From: an uncultured bacterium | Lineage (GTDB): Bacteria > Desulfobacterota_D > UBA1144 > Nemesobacterales > UBA2774 | DNA length: 64,000 nucleotides | Reading direction: 5' to 3' | NCBI GenBank assembly: GCA_963705505.1 | Contig: CAVPJU010000005.1 | Coordinates: 1 to 64,000, forward strand | In this document: positions 31,598 through 42,557 of the stretch, one piece after another | Position numbering within the stretch: position 1 is the stretch's first letter | How the letters are laid out: each line of letters starts with the position of its first letter | Made by a program: the position numbers and the translations under genes | Notes under the pieces: model-generated | Databases searched by the model: none | Seen by the model: only the letters and a program-made list of their open reading frames with translations | What the model was told of the DNA's origin: nothing

Positions 31598-32677
31598 ATG
31601 AACAATCGTACGATACAGCCGAGAATCGCGGGCATTTCGACCGTCGTTCCGCCGAACAGCTTCAGCCAGGACCTTGCGATAGAAACAGCGAAGAAGTGGC
31701 TGTCCTCGGGCGGAGCGCCCGAGCTTTCAGTCGCGAGAACGGTTCAGGTCTTTCAGAACGCGGGAGTCGAGACCCGCTACAGCATCACCCCTCTGGATGA
31801 GATGCTGAGGGAGAAAGACTTCCCGGAGAGAAACGCTCTCTATAGCAAGTACGCGCGGATACTCGGAGAAAAGGCTTTGAAGAATGTATTCGAGAAAACC
31901 GGGATCAAGCCCTACGAGATCGACCTCTTTATCACCGTCTCGTGCACGGGCTTCATGATACCGGCTCTCGACGCTTACATGCTGAACCGCTTTCCGTTCA
32001 GGAACAACGTGAGGCGCCTTCCCGTAACGGAGCTCGGATGCGCGGCCGGAGTCAGCTCGCTTATATTGGCAGGCGATTATATACGCGCACATCCCGATTC
32101 GAACGCCCTCATACTCTCTCTCGAGCTCTGCACGCTCAATATGCAGCCTACGGACAAGAGCGCGGACCACTTAATTTCAACGGCGATATTCGGGGACGGG
32201 GCCGCGGCCGCGATAGTCACGGGGAGGAAAGCCGAGAGCGGTCTACATATCGTCAAAACTGAAAACAGGTTTTTCCCCGGGACGCTCGACTTCATGGGAT
32301 ACGACGTGGAGAAGACGGGGTTCCACATATTCCTCTCTCCCGGTATCTCCAAGTTCATAGAGAAAAACATATCGGAGCAGATGGGTTCGATACTCCGCGA
32401 CGCGGGGCTGGGAATAGAGGATATCGACTCCTGGTTATTCCACCCGGGCGGTTCCCGCATTCTGAGGTCGATTGAAAAGGGGCTCGGCATAGACAACGGT
32501 AAACTGCGGGACAGCGCGCAAGTGCTGAGGGACTACGGGAACCTTTCGTCGGCGACCATATTTTTTATCATCGATTCCTATCTTCAGAACGAGCAAAAAA
32601 AGAGCGGTTCCTATCAGGTAGTGGGCGCAGTGGGTCCGGGGTTCGGTTTGGACACCATTCTCACGCAATGGAAATAA
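31598..32677 (+). CDS. Type III polyketide synthase
   Basis: Catalytic triad contexts LGCAAG, HPGG, YGNLSS; FGDGAAA; GPGF. Confidence 0.93.
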   Translation: MNNRTIQPRIAGISTVVPPNSFSQDLAIETAKKWLSSGGAPELSVARTVQVFQNAGVETRYSITPLDEMLREKDFPERNALYSKYARILGEKALKNVFEKTGIKPYEIDLFITVSCTGFMIPALDAYMLNRFPFRNNVRRLPVTELGCAAGVSSLILAGDYIRAHPDSNALILSLELCTLNMQPTDKSADHLISTAIFGDGAAAAIVTGRKAESGLHIVKTENRFFPGTLDFMGYDVEKTGFHIFLSPGISKFIEKNISEQMGSILRDAGLGIEDIDSWLFHPGGSRILRSIEKGLGIDNGKLRDSAQVLRDYGNLSSATIFFIIDSYLQNEQKKSGSYQVVGAVGPGFGLDTILTQWK

Positions 32678-32696
32678 ACGAAAAGGAGAATCCATC

Positions 32697-34100
32697 ATGA
32701 GCATCAACAGCGTTGGTCTAAAAGCTGATGGGGAGGGCTTCAACGAAACGAGTTCGAAGGAATCCCATGACGTACTTTACTCAAGGCACGTGAACCCGCA
32801 GTGGGTGAAGCTGTTCAACACGCTCGGGATGAACGCGAGGTACGAGTCCTGCCTCGGGGCGGAGGTACGCACGGAGGATAAGCGCAGGCTGCTCGACTAC
32901 CTCTCGGGCTACTGCGTTTATAACGCGGGGCATAACCATCCCCGGATCGTAGCCGCGCTCGCGGACGAGCTTTACAGGGGAGGGCCGACGATGCTCCAGA
33001 GCCATGTGCCCGAGCTTGCGGCTGAGCTCGCCGCGCGACTCTGCGCGCTCGCCGGAGGGCGTCTGAACAAGGTCTTTTTCACGAGCTCCGGGAGCGAGGG
33101 GGTCGAGACGGTGATAAAGTTTTCCCGCGCCCATACGAACAGGCCGGGGATCCTCTACTGCCACAGGGCGTTTCACGGGCTTACATGCGGCGCTCTATCG
33201 CTGATGGACGACCCCTACTGGCGTAAAGGGTTCGGACCTCTCCTGCCTTATACGGAGGGGGTGCCGTTCCTCGATCTCGAAGCGCTCGAAGAAAAGCTGA
33301 AGAGCAGACGTTTCGCCGCGTTTATCGTCGAGCCGATCCAGTCCGAAGCCGGCGTGCGCGTGCCCCATGACGGTTATCTGAAGCAAGCCGAGAGCCTGTG
33401 CCGGAGATACGGGACGCTCTTCGTCCTCGACGAGGTGCAGACCGGCATTTACAGAACGGGGCCTTTCCTCGCAGCGCACCACTGGGGGCTCGATCCGGAC
33501 ATGGTCATCCTCGCAAAGGCGCTCAGCGGAGGGTTCGTCCCCTGCGGGGCAGTGCTTATGACCGACGAGATAAACCGCTCGGTTTACAGCTCCGTCTTCC
33601 GCGCATTCGTCCACACCTCGACCTTCGGCGAGAATAACCTCGCCATGCGCGCGGGGCTCGCCACGCTCGACGTGATGCAGGAGGAAGGCCTGGGCGAGCG
33701 CGCAATAGTGCTCGGGGAGCGTCTGAGAAACGGGCTCAAAGAGGTCTCCGGGAATTACGAAATGGTCCACGGGATAAACGGCATGGGACTCCTGAACGGG
33801 ATAGAGTTCGGAGAGCCTAAAATGCTCAGGCTTAAAATACCCTACGAGACTTTCAAGAGAATCCATCCGGCAATGTTCGGTATGATCGTCGTGATGCGGC
33901 TATTCAGGGAGAAGAACATCCTGACGCAGATATGCGGCAATAACCACATGGTGGTGAAGGCATCTCCCCCGCTCGTCGTGACGGAGGCCGGTATAGACAA
34001 GTTCGTGTCCTCGATGGGGGAGATACTGGAGACGATCCACACGAAGGCGTCGTTCTGGTCGGAGGCGCTCCTTATGGCAAGGCGCGCGGTGAATATATGA
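32697..34100 (+). CDS. Class III PLP aminotransferase (HpnO-like)
   Basis: SGSEGVE, AFHGLT, EPIQSEAG, DEVQTG, AKALSGG, STFGEN. Confidence 0.9.
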   Translation: MSINSVGLKADGEGFNETSSKESHDVLYSRHVNPQWVKLFNTLGMNARYESCLGAEVRTEDKRRLLDYLSGYCVYNAGHNHPRIVAALADELYRGGPTMLQSHVPELAAELAARLCALAGGRLNKVFFTSSGSEGVETVIKFSRAHTNRPGILYCHRAFHGLTCGALSLMDDPYWRKGFGPLLPYTEGVPFLDLEALEEKLKSRRFAAFIVEPIQSEAGVRVPHDGYLKQAESLCRRYGTLFVLDEVQTGIYRTGPFLAAHHWGLDPDMVILAKALSGGFVPCGAVLMTDEINRSVYSSVFRAFVHTSTFGENNLAMRAGLATLDVMQEEGLGERAIVLGERLRNGLKEVSGNYEMVHGINGMGLLNGIEFGEPKMLRLKIPYETFKRIHPAMFGMIVVMRLFREKNILTQICGNNHMVVKASPPLVVTEAGIDKFVSSMGEILETIHTKASFWSEALLMARRAVNI

Positions 34101-34176
34101 GGGCCGGGGCCGCGGAATCGTAACCGGCATGTCTTTCCGAATGTTAAGAATAAAGAATCTGAAAAGAGAGGGAATC

Positions 34177-34869
34177 ATGATAAGGAAAATATCAGCAGCA
34201 GCAATTGTATCGGCAGCTTTACTCATATCTTTTATACCGCTCGCCGCGTTCTCGACGCAGGGCGAAGCAACGACCGCAAAGGGCAGCCTGACGCCCGATA
34301 TATTCGGGAGCAGCGAAGTAATGGAATTCGACATCGTAAAGGACATTAGCTCGGTCGAGTTTATCGGTATCTCCATGATGCACCACTTCACCGGGATTTC
34401 CCACGGCGTCACGGGCTTTACCAGGGTCAACTTCGCGGCGCCCGAAACGAGCACTGCAACCGAGATCACGGTGCCCGTCGATACGCTTAAAGGTATCGCG
34501 CTCGGGTCCGAGAAAGAAGACATGTCCAAGAACATACACATGAACCTCGAATCCGATAAGTACCCGGACATTAAATTCAAAGTGACTCAGATACTGCCGG
34601 AAAAGACGGAGAGCGCCGATCCCGCGGCAAGGAGTTACCTGCTAAAGGGGGACCTTACGATCCATAACGTGACAAAGCCCATCGTGCTTACGGCCAATAC
34701 GGATATAAAGGACGGGTTCCTGCACATTACCGGGGAATACGACAACCTCAACATGACGGATTACGGCGTCGTGGCCAAACCCCTTATGGCCATTATCAGG
34801 GTGGACGATATAATCGATATAAAATTCGATATTTACGAAGACCTCAAGAAGAGCGCTCCCGTTCAATAA
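34177..34869 (+). CDS. YceI-family polyisoprenoid-binding protein
   Basis: Signal peptide; LESDKYPDIKF, GDLTIHNVTKP, DYGV. Confidence 0.85.
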   Translation: MIRKISAAAIVSAALLISFIPLAAFSTQGEATTAKGSLTPDIFGSSEVMEFDIVKDISSVEFIGISMMHHFTGISHGVTGFTRVNFAAPETSTATEITVPVDTLKGIALGSEKEDMSKNIHMNLESDKYPDIKFKVTQILPEKTESADPAARSYLLKGDLTIHNVTKPIVLTANTDIKDGFLHITGEYDNLNMTDYGVVAKPLMAIIRVDDIIDIKFDIYEDLKKSAPVQ

Positions 34870-34926
34870 TCATTCCGGGACTCCGGCAAAAACAATCGAA
34901 AAAAACAATCTCAGACGAGGGTAAAT

Positions 34927-36021
34927 ATGGAAAGCGACGTGATCGTTATAGGGGCAGGGCCCGGCGGCTCGGCGAGCGCGATTTCATTCAGGAGGCGCGG
35001 CTTCGGTGTGGCAGTGCTGGAAAAGAGGTTCATGCCGAGGGACAAGGTTTGCGGGGAGATGGTCGCTCCGCTCGGGGTGAAGGAGCTGAGGAAGTTAGGC
35101 GTGCTCGGCAAGATAGAGGACGCCGGAGCCAATAAGGTGAAAAAGGTCATCTTCTATTCCTCCCGCGGGGCCAGGGCCGAGCTCGGATTCCCCGGAGATG
35201 AATACGGAGTCGCGATGAGCAGGGAGAGGTTCGACACGATCCTGTTCGAGGAAGCGCGCCGTGAAGGGGCCCTGGGGATAGAGGGGTTCCGCGTGGATAA
35301 CGTGGAGAGGGAGCGGGGCACGCGGCTCTTCAGGGTGGAAGGGGCTTACAACAAAACGGGCAGGAGAGAGACGTACCGCTCGAAAGCCGTGATAAACGCC
35401 TCGGGACTCAAAGGGGTCGGATACAAGGATAAAAAGTGCAGAGAATTTCTTTACGCCTTTAAAGTGCACCTGCGAGGCGTTTCCTGCGGGGACGCTGCGG
35501 AGCTCTTTTTTTACGACGGCGGGTACGGTGGCCTGGTCGATATCGAGGACGGGATCGTCAACCTCTCGTTTCAGATAAGGAAAGACCAGGTGTCTTTAAT
35601 GACCGGGCACCCGCTCGATATACTGAAGCATATACTCCCGGCGTCTCATCCGGTCTATGAGAAATTATCCGGGGCCGAGCCCGTGGGGGAATGGGAGGCT
35701 ATGGGGAGCGTCTTCGCACGAAGGATGGGATCGTTTCCAGGGGTGTGGAACATAGGGGACGCCTCCGGGATAATCGACCCGTTCACGGGCCTCGGAATCA
35801 GCCTCGCCCTGCAGGGCGGTAGGCACATCGGGGAGAACCTCGAAATCGGCAAGGAGCGCCGCACTTACGATCTCAAGAGAAACCTCAACAGGACGCGTTT
35901 TTTAACCGTGGATATGTTAAGGAAGGTACTTTTCCGTCCGCGTCTTTCTCACATGATAATGAAGCACGCGTCATTCTCCCCCATGCTGGGGATGATGATT
36001 CTGGGGCTGCTGCATACGTGA
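34927..36021 (+). CDS. FAD-dependent oxidoreductase (geranylgeranyl reductase-like)
   Basis: IGAGPGG, PRDKVCGE, GDASGIIDPFTGLGI. Confidence 0.88.
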   Translation: MESDVIVIGAGPGGSASAISFRRRGFGVAVLEKRFMPRDKVCGEMVAPLGVKELRKLGVLGKIEDAGANKVKKVIFYSSRGARAELGFPGDEYGVAMSRERFDTILFEEARREGALGIEGFRVDNVERERGTRLFRVEGAYNKTGRRETYRSKAVINASGLKGVGYKDKKCREFLYAFKVHLRGVSCGDAAELFFYDGGYGGLVDIEDGIVNLSFQIRKDQVSLMTGHPLDILKHILPASHPVYEKLSGAEPVGEWEAMGSVFARRMGSFPGVWNIGDASGIIDPFTGLGISLALQGGRHIGENLEIGKERRTYDLKRNLNRTRFLTVDMLRKVLFRPRLSHMIMKHASFSPMLGMMILGLLHT

Positions 36022-36247
36022 GGATCAGCAGTGATTCCTGGAATGATCTGAATTATTTTTATTTACATACTTCCCCTACTCTCCCCTATCCCCTCCCCTC
36101 CAATTGGAGGGGAGGGGAATTAAAAGAGACCCTTCGATCCTTCGACAGGCTCAGGACAGGCTCACTGCTCAGCGGGAACGAGTTTAATATGAGATTTCCG
36201 CGCTTCATTTCAGTGCGCTTACGATGATAAAGAAAAGGCAAAGATAT

Positions 36248-36600
36248 GTTTCTTCTTTGTCTTGATACAAAGAAGCAAAAATCACACACATAGTGTGGTC
36301 TTTCGAAAATACGAAGAAAAAAGAAAGGCAAATATATTTCTCTTCTTTTCCGTTTGAGCCTGCCGTAGCCTGAAAAGAAGCAAAAATCACCGACTGCACA
36401 GAATTGTGCTAAAAATATCTTATTCCGGCTAAAATGTTTCAATTCCTCCCAAATTAGCTTCGTAGCTTATTGATATTCGAGGCTCATTACCTATCACTGA
36501 TAGGAAAGGGCGTCCGATTCCTTGCTTGCTCGGAATCGTCCCCTGAAAGATTTTCACGCCTTAATAATCTATTTTCTTAACGCAAATTCTGTGATGTCCT
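36248..36600 (+). repeat. Composite element, copy 12, single divergent cassette (~36450-36540)
   Basis: Same ends, different cassette interior. Confidence 0.88.
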
Positions 36601-37094
36601 CAAAAAGATGGAGGGTGGGATGGTTGTTCGATATTATAAGTCTGCGGGTGCTTGCCCGCCGTCAATTCTGTGAATGTCATCAAAAGATTAAATTCCCGGT
36701 AAAGGCGTTTTGGAATCACAGGAATATTGAGGTAAACCCCCACCCTATCCCTCCCCCTTGGAAATGGGGAGGGAATTAATAAGAGAGGCTAAAGTAGATT
36801 TCTCGCGATGCTCGAAATGACAAATTTCGATCCTTCGACTGCACACTACGTGTGCGCTCAGGGCGAATGGGTTATTGAAATTAATGTACACCCCCATCCT
36901 CACCTTCCCCCTTGATATGGGGAAGGGAAAACTGCTCAAAGATGGGAATGAAAGGGGCGGATCTGTGTTGCCGGAAGCAGCGTATCAATATCGATGAGCG
37001 CTCCGGGAGGGGCTTGTCCTGGGGCAGGTCTATGAATTAGAATAGTCCGGAGGAGCGGCCACGGTTCAGGGTCAATACGGGGGCCGGATTTGAT

Positions 37095-38180
37095 ATGACG
37101 GGAAAAGCGAAGAAAACATCTGTAACGGGAAAGAAGGCCTACAAAACGAGCGGGCTTCATCCGGGCGCCCTCATACACATCGGGGAGAAGAAGGCGGAGA
37201 AGGTCAGGTTTACGGTGCTCGACTACGACCAGGACAATGTCACGGAGAGGGAATACGAGGGCGTGGACGAATGCCTGGTGTATGCGGATAAAGAGACCGT
37301 TACGTGGGTCAACGTGAACGGTCTCCACGATACGGAGGTAATACATAAGATCGGCGAGCACTTCGGTATCCATTCGCTCGCGCTCGAAGACATACTCGAC
37401 ACGGACAAGCGGCCGGAGCTCGACGATTACGTGGATTTTATTTTTATAATACTCAAGATGGTCCTCGTCGATCGGGAAAGCGGACGGATAGACGCCGAGC
37501 AGGTGAGCCTGCTCCTGTGTAAAAATACCGTTATTTCATTCCAGGAAGGGGAAGAGGACGTGTTCGAGCCTATTCGGCAGAGGATAAGGACCGGCAAGGG
37601 GAAAATAAGAAAAGCCGGCGCCGATTATCTTATGTACACACTTGCCGACGCGATAGTCGATAATTATTACGTAGTGCTCGAAACGCTTGGTGAATTGATC
37701 GAGGAGATCGAAGACGAGCTGCTCGAGGAGCCGGACGCTGAAACCCTGAAGGACATTTACGGGCTCAGAAGGGAGGTGGTGCTGCTGAGGAAATATACAT
37801 TTCCGCTGAGAGAGCTCGTTCATAAATTCCAGATATCCGAATCGCCCCTGATAGAACACGACACCAAGCTCTATATCAGGGACCTATACGACCATTCGAT
37901 GCAGATAATGGATACGACCGAATCATACAGGGACATGATCGCGGGGATGCTGGAAACGTATCTCTCGCTTTCGAGTAACCGGATGAACGAGGTGATGAAG
38001 CTCCTCACCGTGATGGCGTCCATATTCATCCCGCTCACTTTCATCGCGGGCATTTACGGGATGAACTTCGATTATATGCCCGAGATCCACCAGCATCTGG
38101 GGTACCCGGGCGCAATCCTGTTCATGTTCATTATTGCCATGGGGATGGTCTATTACTTCAGGAGGAAGAAATGGATATGA
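37095..38180 (+). CDS. corA: Magnesium/cobalt transporter CorA
   Basis: LEDIL, IAGIYGMNF..MPE, YFRRKKW. Confidence 0.95.
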   Translation: MTGKAKKTSVTGKKAYKTSGLHPGALIHIGEKKAEKVRFTVLDYDQDNVTEREYEGVDECLVYADKETVTWVNVNGLHDTEVIHKIGEHFGIHSLALEDILDTDKRPELDDYVDFIFIILKMVLVDRESGRIDAEQVSLLLCKNTVISFQEGEEDVFEPIRQRIRTGKGKIRKAGADYLMYTLADAIVDNYYVVLETLGELIEEIEDELLEEPDAETLKDIYGLRREVVLLRKYTFPLRELVHKFQISESPLIEHDTKLYIRDLYDHSMQIMDTTESYRDMIAGMLETYLSLSSNRMNEVMKLLTVMASIFIPLTFIAGIYGMNFDYMPEIHQHLGYPGAILFMFIIAMGMVYYFRRKKWI

Positions 38181-38234
38181 GGATCGTGTTCGGCATTGCG
38201 CCTTTTGAAAAAACAAAGGAAAGAAAAAGCAAAG

Positions 38235-38407
38235 GCAAAGATAGTTTCTTCTTTTCCTTGATGAAAAGAAGCAAAAATCATCCGACACACAGAATTGTGC
38301 TAAAAATCCCTCGTTAACGCTAAAATGTTTTAATTCCGCCGCAGCCCTAAAAGATTTTCATGCCTTAATAATCGATTTTCTTAACGCCAATTCTGTGAAT
38401 GTCGGGG
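38235..38407 (+). repeat. Composite element, copy 13 (empty apex)
   Basis: Same modules. Confidence 0.9.
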
Positions 38408-38648
38408 AAAAGAAAAAGACGAAAGACCGGATTGCCGCGCCGCTCAGCAGCTCGCAATAACATCCCTCGACAGGCTCAGGACGAACGGGCTGAGGTATGT
38501 CGGAATTATTAAGGTGCTCCCCTATCCTCCCCCTTGTCTGCATACGAATAGAAAATAAAGGATTAACGGAAAGGCTGCATGTTCGCACCTGCCTGAAACC
38601 GTTGTATAATGTTCCCTATATTAAAACAGCAGGAGCAGGGAGAAGGGC

Positions 38649-39188
38649 ATGGCCAAGGATACCGACACGGTAAGCGTGATGGTGGAGATCACAAAGGGGT
38701 CGAGGAATAAGTACGAGTACGATAAGGTAAAGAAGCGGATAAAGTTTGACCGCCTTCTTTACGCTTCGGTCCATTATCCGAGCGATTACGGGTTCATAGA
38801 GGACACGCTCGGGGGGGACGGCGACCCGCTCGACGCGCTCGTGCTGCTCTGGGAGCCCACGTTCCCGGGGTGCATTATATTGTCGAAGCCCATAGGGATG
38901 TTCATGATGGGGGACGAGAAGGGGCCCGACGAGAAGATACTCTGCGTCCCTGTGGACGACCCGCACTGGAACCACATCGAGAAGCTGACCGAGATACCGC
39001 CCCATCTGCTGAGGGAGATAGAGCACTTCTTCGCATCCTACAAGACGCTCGAGAAAAAGAACGTGCACGTCGAGGGGTGGAGGAACAAGGAGGCCGCGCT
39101 CCAGACGATTGAGGAAGCGCGGGAGAGGTATAAGGACAAGGGGAAGAAAAAGAAAAAGAAGGTGAACCGCGCGGCGGATTGGCTGTGA
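38649..39188 (+). CDS. ppa: Inorganic pyrophosphatase, family I
   Basis: EITKGSRNKYE, YGFI, DGDPLDAL, DEKILCVP. Confidence 0.95.
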   Translation: MAKDTDTVSVMVEITKGSRNKYEYDKVKKRIKFDRLLYASVHYPSDYGFIEDTLGGDGDPLDALVLLWEPTFPGCIILSKPIGMFMMGDEKGPDEKILCVPVDDPHWNHIEKLTEIPPHLLREIEHFFASYKTLEKKNVHVEGWRNKEAALQTIEEARERYKDKGKKKKKKVNRAADWL

Positions 39189-39289
39189 GGGTTTTCTTAC
39201 ACGTCCGGTGACTGAAAGAAAGAGATGAGATTGCCGCGCTTCTTCGCAGCTCGAAATGACAAAGAAATAGCAAAGGAATGAAAAATAAA

Positions 39290-39467
39290 AGGCAAAAATA
39301 GTTTTCTTCTTTTCCTTGATGAAAAGAAGCAAAAATCATCCGACACACAGAATTGTGCTAAAAATCCATCGTTAACGCTAAAATCTTTCAATTCCACCCA
39401 CACACCTGAAACGATTTTCACGCGTTAACAAGCGGTTTTCTTAACGCAAATTCTGTGAATGTCGGGG
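39290..39467 (+). repeat. Composite element, copy 14 (empty apex)
   Basis: Same modules. Confidence 0.9.
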
Positions 39468-39983
39468 AAGGAAAAGGCAAGATTGCTGCGCTTCGTTTCA
39501 CTGCGCTCGCAATGACAAAGAAAAAAGATGAGATTCCCGATGAAAGCGGTCGGGAATGACGGAAAGATTAAGGTAAACCCCCCACCCCCACCCTCCCCCA
39601 CTTTGAAAAGGGGGGAGGGAATTAAATCTAAAAAAGAAGTGATTGCTGCGCTTACATTTTCGTTCCGCTTGCAATGACAATTAATACGTCCTTCGATCCT
39701 TCGATAAACTCAGGACAGGCTCCTGCTCAGGACAAACGGGAAATATCACCCCATCCTCACCTTCTCCCTTTCTAGGGGGAAATAATAATGCGTCCTTCGA
39801 CAAGCTAAGAACAGGCTGGATTTTATCCGGGTGGTCCCCGACCCGCACCCTCCCCCTATCGAGGGGGGAAATTAAATATAAGCGGGATTTCATCCCGGCG
39901 ATTACTCGTGGCTCCGGTGAATCGAATCTTTAAAATCTTCATATATAATGACATGTGATTCTCACTGACTTCCGGACGGGAAG

Positions 39984-41132
39984 ATGAGCGACGAGGGAAA
40001 ACGGGATTCGGGAAGATTGAAGGAGCTGGCGCTGCTGTTCCTGAGACTCGGGGCGACCGCGTTCGGGGGGCCTGCCGCGCAGATAGCCATAATGCACGAC
40101 GAGGCGGTGCGCAGGAAGAAGTGGCTCGACGACGAGAGCTACCTCGACCTCATCGGGGCCGTGAACCTGATACCGGGACCGAACTCGACCGAGATGGCGA
40201 TACACCTGGGATACCTCCGCGCAGGGTGGAGGGGGCTGATCGTCGCGGGGGCGTGCTTCATACTTCCGGCGGCGGTCATCGTGACGGCGCTCGCCTGGGT
40301 CTATGTCCGCTACGGCTCAACACCCGAAGGCAGCTACATCTTCTACGGCATAAAGCCCGTCATCATCGCGATCGTGCTACAGGCGCTTATCTTTCTCGGG
40401 CGTAAGGCGGTGAGGGAGCCTGTCGCTATACTGACGGGGATAGCAGTCGCGGTCTCTTACCTCTTAGGTGTGAACGAGATCGCGCTCCTCTTCGGCGGGG
40501 GGCTTTTCGTGATGCTATGGAAGAACCTCCGCAGACTGAGGGGGCAGAGCCTCACGGCGCTCCTCGTCCCCGTTTTGGGGATAGACGTAACCACGGCATA
40601 CGAGAAGGGAGTGTCCCTGACCTCGATATTTCTCGTATTCCTCAAGATTGGCTCTGTGCTCTACGGGAGCGGATACGTACTGCTCGCATTTCTCAACTCC
40701 GATTTCGTCGTGCACCGCGGATGGCTCACACACCAGCAGCTACTGGACGTGGTGGCGATAGGGCAGGTAACGCCCGGGCCGTGGTTTACCACGGCGACGG
40801 CGATAGGGTACGTGCTCGGAGGAGTGCCGGGAGCGGCACTCGCGACGCTCGGGATATTCCTCCCTTCGTTCATATTCGTAGCCGCGAGCAACCCGCTGAT
40901 ACCGAAGCTGAGGAGGTCGCCCTGGGCGGGGGCCGCGCTCGACGGCGTGAATGCATCATCGCTTGGGCTTATGGCTGCTGTTACGATCGATCTGGCCAAG
41001 GCTTCGTTCCCGGACCCCCTTACGATAGCTATAGGCGTAGCCGCGGCGGGGGCGCTATTCTTCCTGCGCGTGAATTCGACGTGGCTCGTGCTCGCCGGAG
41101 GGATTATAGGGCTGCTGACGGGCGTGCTGTGA
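39984..41132 (+). CDS. chrA: Chromate efflux transporter
   Basis: LGATAFGGPAA, LIPGPNSTE, YGSGYVL, QVTPGP. Confidence 0.93.
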   Translation: MSDEGKRDSGRLKELALLFLRLGATAFGGPAAQIAIMHDEAVRRKKWLDDESYLDLIGAVNLIPGPNSTEMAIHLGYLRAGWRGLIVAGACFILPAAVIVTALAWVYVRYGSTPEGSYIFYGIKPVIIAIVLQALIFLGRKAVREPVAILTGIAVAVSYLLGVNEIALLFGGGLFVMLWKNLRRLRGQSLTALLVPVLGIDVTTAYEKGVSLTSIFLVFLKIGSVLYGSGYVLLAFLNSDFVVHRGWLTHQQLLDVVAIGQVTPGPWFTTATAIGYVLGGVPGAALATLGIFLPSFIFVAASNPLIPKLRRSPWAGAALDGVNASSLGLMAAVTIDLAKASFPDPLTIAIGVAAAGALFFLRVNSTWLVLAGGIIGLLTGVL

Positions 41133-41298
41133 GGGGAGAGGGAAATAAAAGATGGAAAGACTATTCCTGAAATAAATTCAGGATGACAGGTAAGTAATGG
41201 TTGCGGCTGCAATTCTGTACAACTGCGAGATCTATTCTGTGAAATATTTATTAACCCGTCTTGATTAAATACGAAAAAGGGTATTTAATTTTCCTCTG

Positions 41299-42174
41299 AT
41301 GAAGTGCCGCAGACCGCTGGTTTTTCTTATGCTCGTTACCCTGACCGCAGCCGTGCCGCTCGCGAACGTATCGTCCGCTAAAGACAAGAAAGGGGAAGTA
41401 GAGGTCAATTTCATATACGCCTTCCAGCTCGGGTTCGGCTCGTATAACATAGGCGGGCTCGACGTACAGGTGTACAGCCTCCCACTATCATTTACCCTTA
41501 ACGATTTCCTCGGAAGCGAGAAGCTCAAGCTCGTGCTCAATACGCCGGTATTCTACGGGCGGTTCAGGTTCAGGGAAACAGAACCCGACGGGACGAGGAT
41601 AAAGGTGGACCAGGACATGATGAGCGCGATCCCGGGTGTGGAGCTCCAGTGGGAGCCGGTGAGGCACTGGCATATAAAGCCTTTCATAAACGCCGGGTTC
41701 GCATGGCAGGTCTACGACAGCTCGACTCCGAACGGGCTGAGCGTGGACGATTCATTTGTTTTTGTGTACGCGCTCGGAGTGGGGAGTCTCTACCAGATGT
41801 TCTGGAAGGATTTCACGTTTAGCCTCGGAAACAGGCTATCGTGGGCGGGGAATACGAACTTCAAGCAAAGCGTCGAGCAATCCTTCGCTTTGCTCGAAAA
41901 CGGTATAGACGTGAAACACCCGCTCGGGTTTACGGTTAAGGGTTACGAGCCGGATATGAGCGTTTACTTCAACTGGTATTACTTCATTCCCGACACGACT
42001 TTTGACAGGGCTTTCAAACCTCCGCTCAGGGTCGACAACCAGTTCGAGATTGCTACGACCTTGGGTTTTGCGACACCGAAGAAGCTCTGGGTTCTGAATG
42101 ATCCCAGGATAGGCGTCGGGTACCTGTTCGGGGACATGAAGGCTTTCTCCGTGAACTTCGGGTTTCCGTTTTAG
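41299..42174 (+). CDS. Probable outer-membrane beta-barrel protein
   Basis: Signal peptide, alternating aromatic strands, C-terminal Phe. Confidence 0.7.
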   Translation: MKCRRPLVFLMLVTLTAAVPLANVSSAKDKKGEVEVNFIYAFQLGFGSYNIGGLDVQVYSLPLSFTLNDFLGSEKLKLVLNTPVFYGRFRFRETEPDGTRIKVDQDMMSAIPGVELQWEPVRHWHIKPFINAGFAWQVYDSSTPNGLSVDDSFVFVYALGVGSLYQMFWKDFTFSLGNRLSWAGNTNFKQSVEQSFALLENGIDVKHPLGFTVKGYEPDMSVYFNWYYFIPDTTFDRAFKPPLRVDNQFEIATTLGFATPKKLWVLNDPRIGVGYLFGDMKAFSVNFGFPF

Positions 42175-42248
42175 ATTCGGCTATCTCCATTTTGAAATGA
42201 TAAAGATTTGATTCCAGGTTTCCGCATAAGGTAAACCCCCACCCGAAC

Positions 42249-42340
42249 TATTTTGGTTAAGGAAGCATTTAGCCTGAAGTTAAGTGGCTTTGTTGCTTTT
42301 GTTGGGAAAGCGTCCTACTGCTCGCTTACTCGCAGCAGTT
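42249..42340 (+). mobile_element. 92-nt structured cassette
   Basis: TATTTTGG..AGCGTCC-TACTGC-TCGCTTACTC-GCAGCA-GTT inside a CCCCACCC..GGGGAGGG hairpin. Confidence 0.7.
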
Positions 42341-42557
42341 CCCCTTAAGAAAAGGGGGAGGGAAATTTATATGCGGCGCTTGCCCGCCGCCAATTCTGTG
42401 ATGTCGGGAATGGAAAGGCAAAAGATAGATTTCTCGAGTGCGCTCGAAATGACAGATAAAAAACGAGGGCTGTATAAATTCTCCCTGGCCCTCCTTTTCC
42501 TAAGGAAGGGATTGAAAAAGATCGCGGCAGGATGCCACCCATACCGATTTATTTGAA

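Noticed and set aside
42249..42340. tRNA genes (multi-hairpin ~90-nt cassettes)
   Set aside because: No acceptor stem, GTTCRA T-loop or CCA end.
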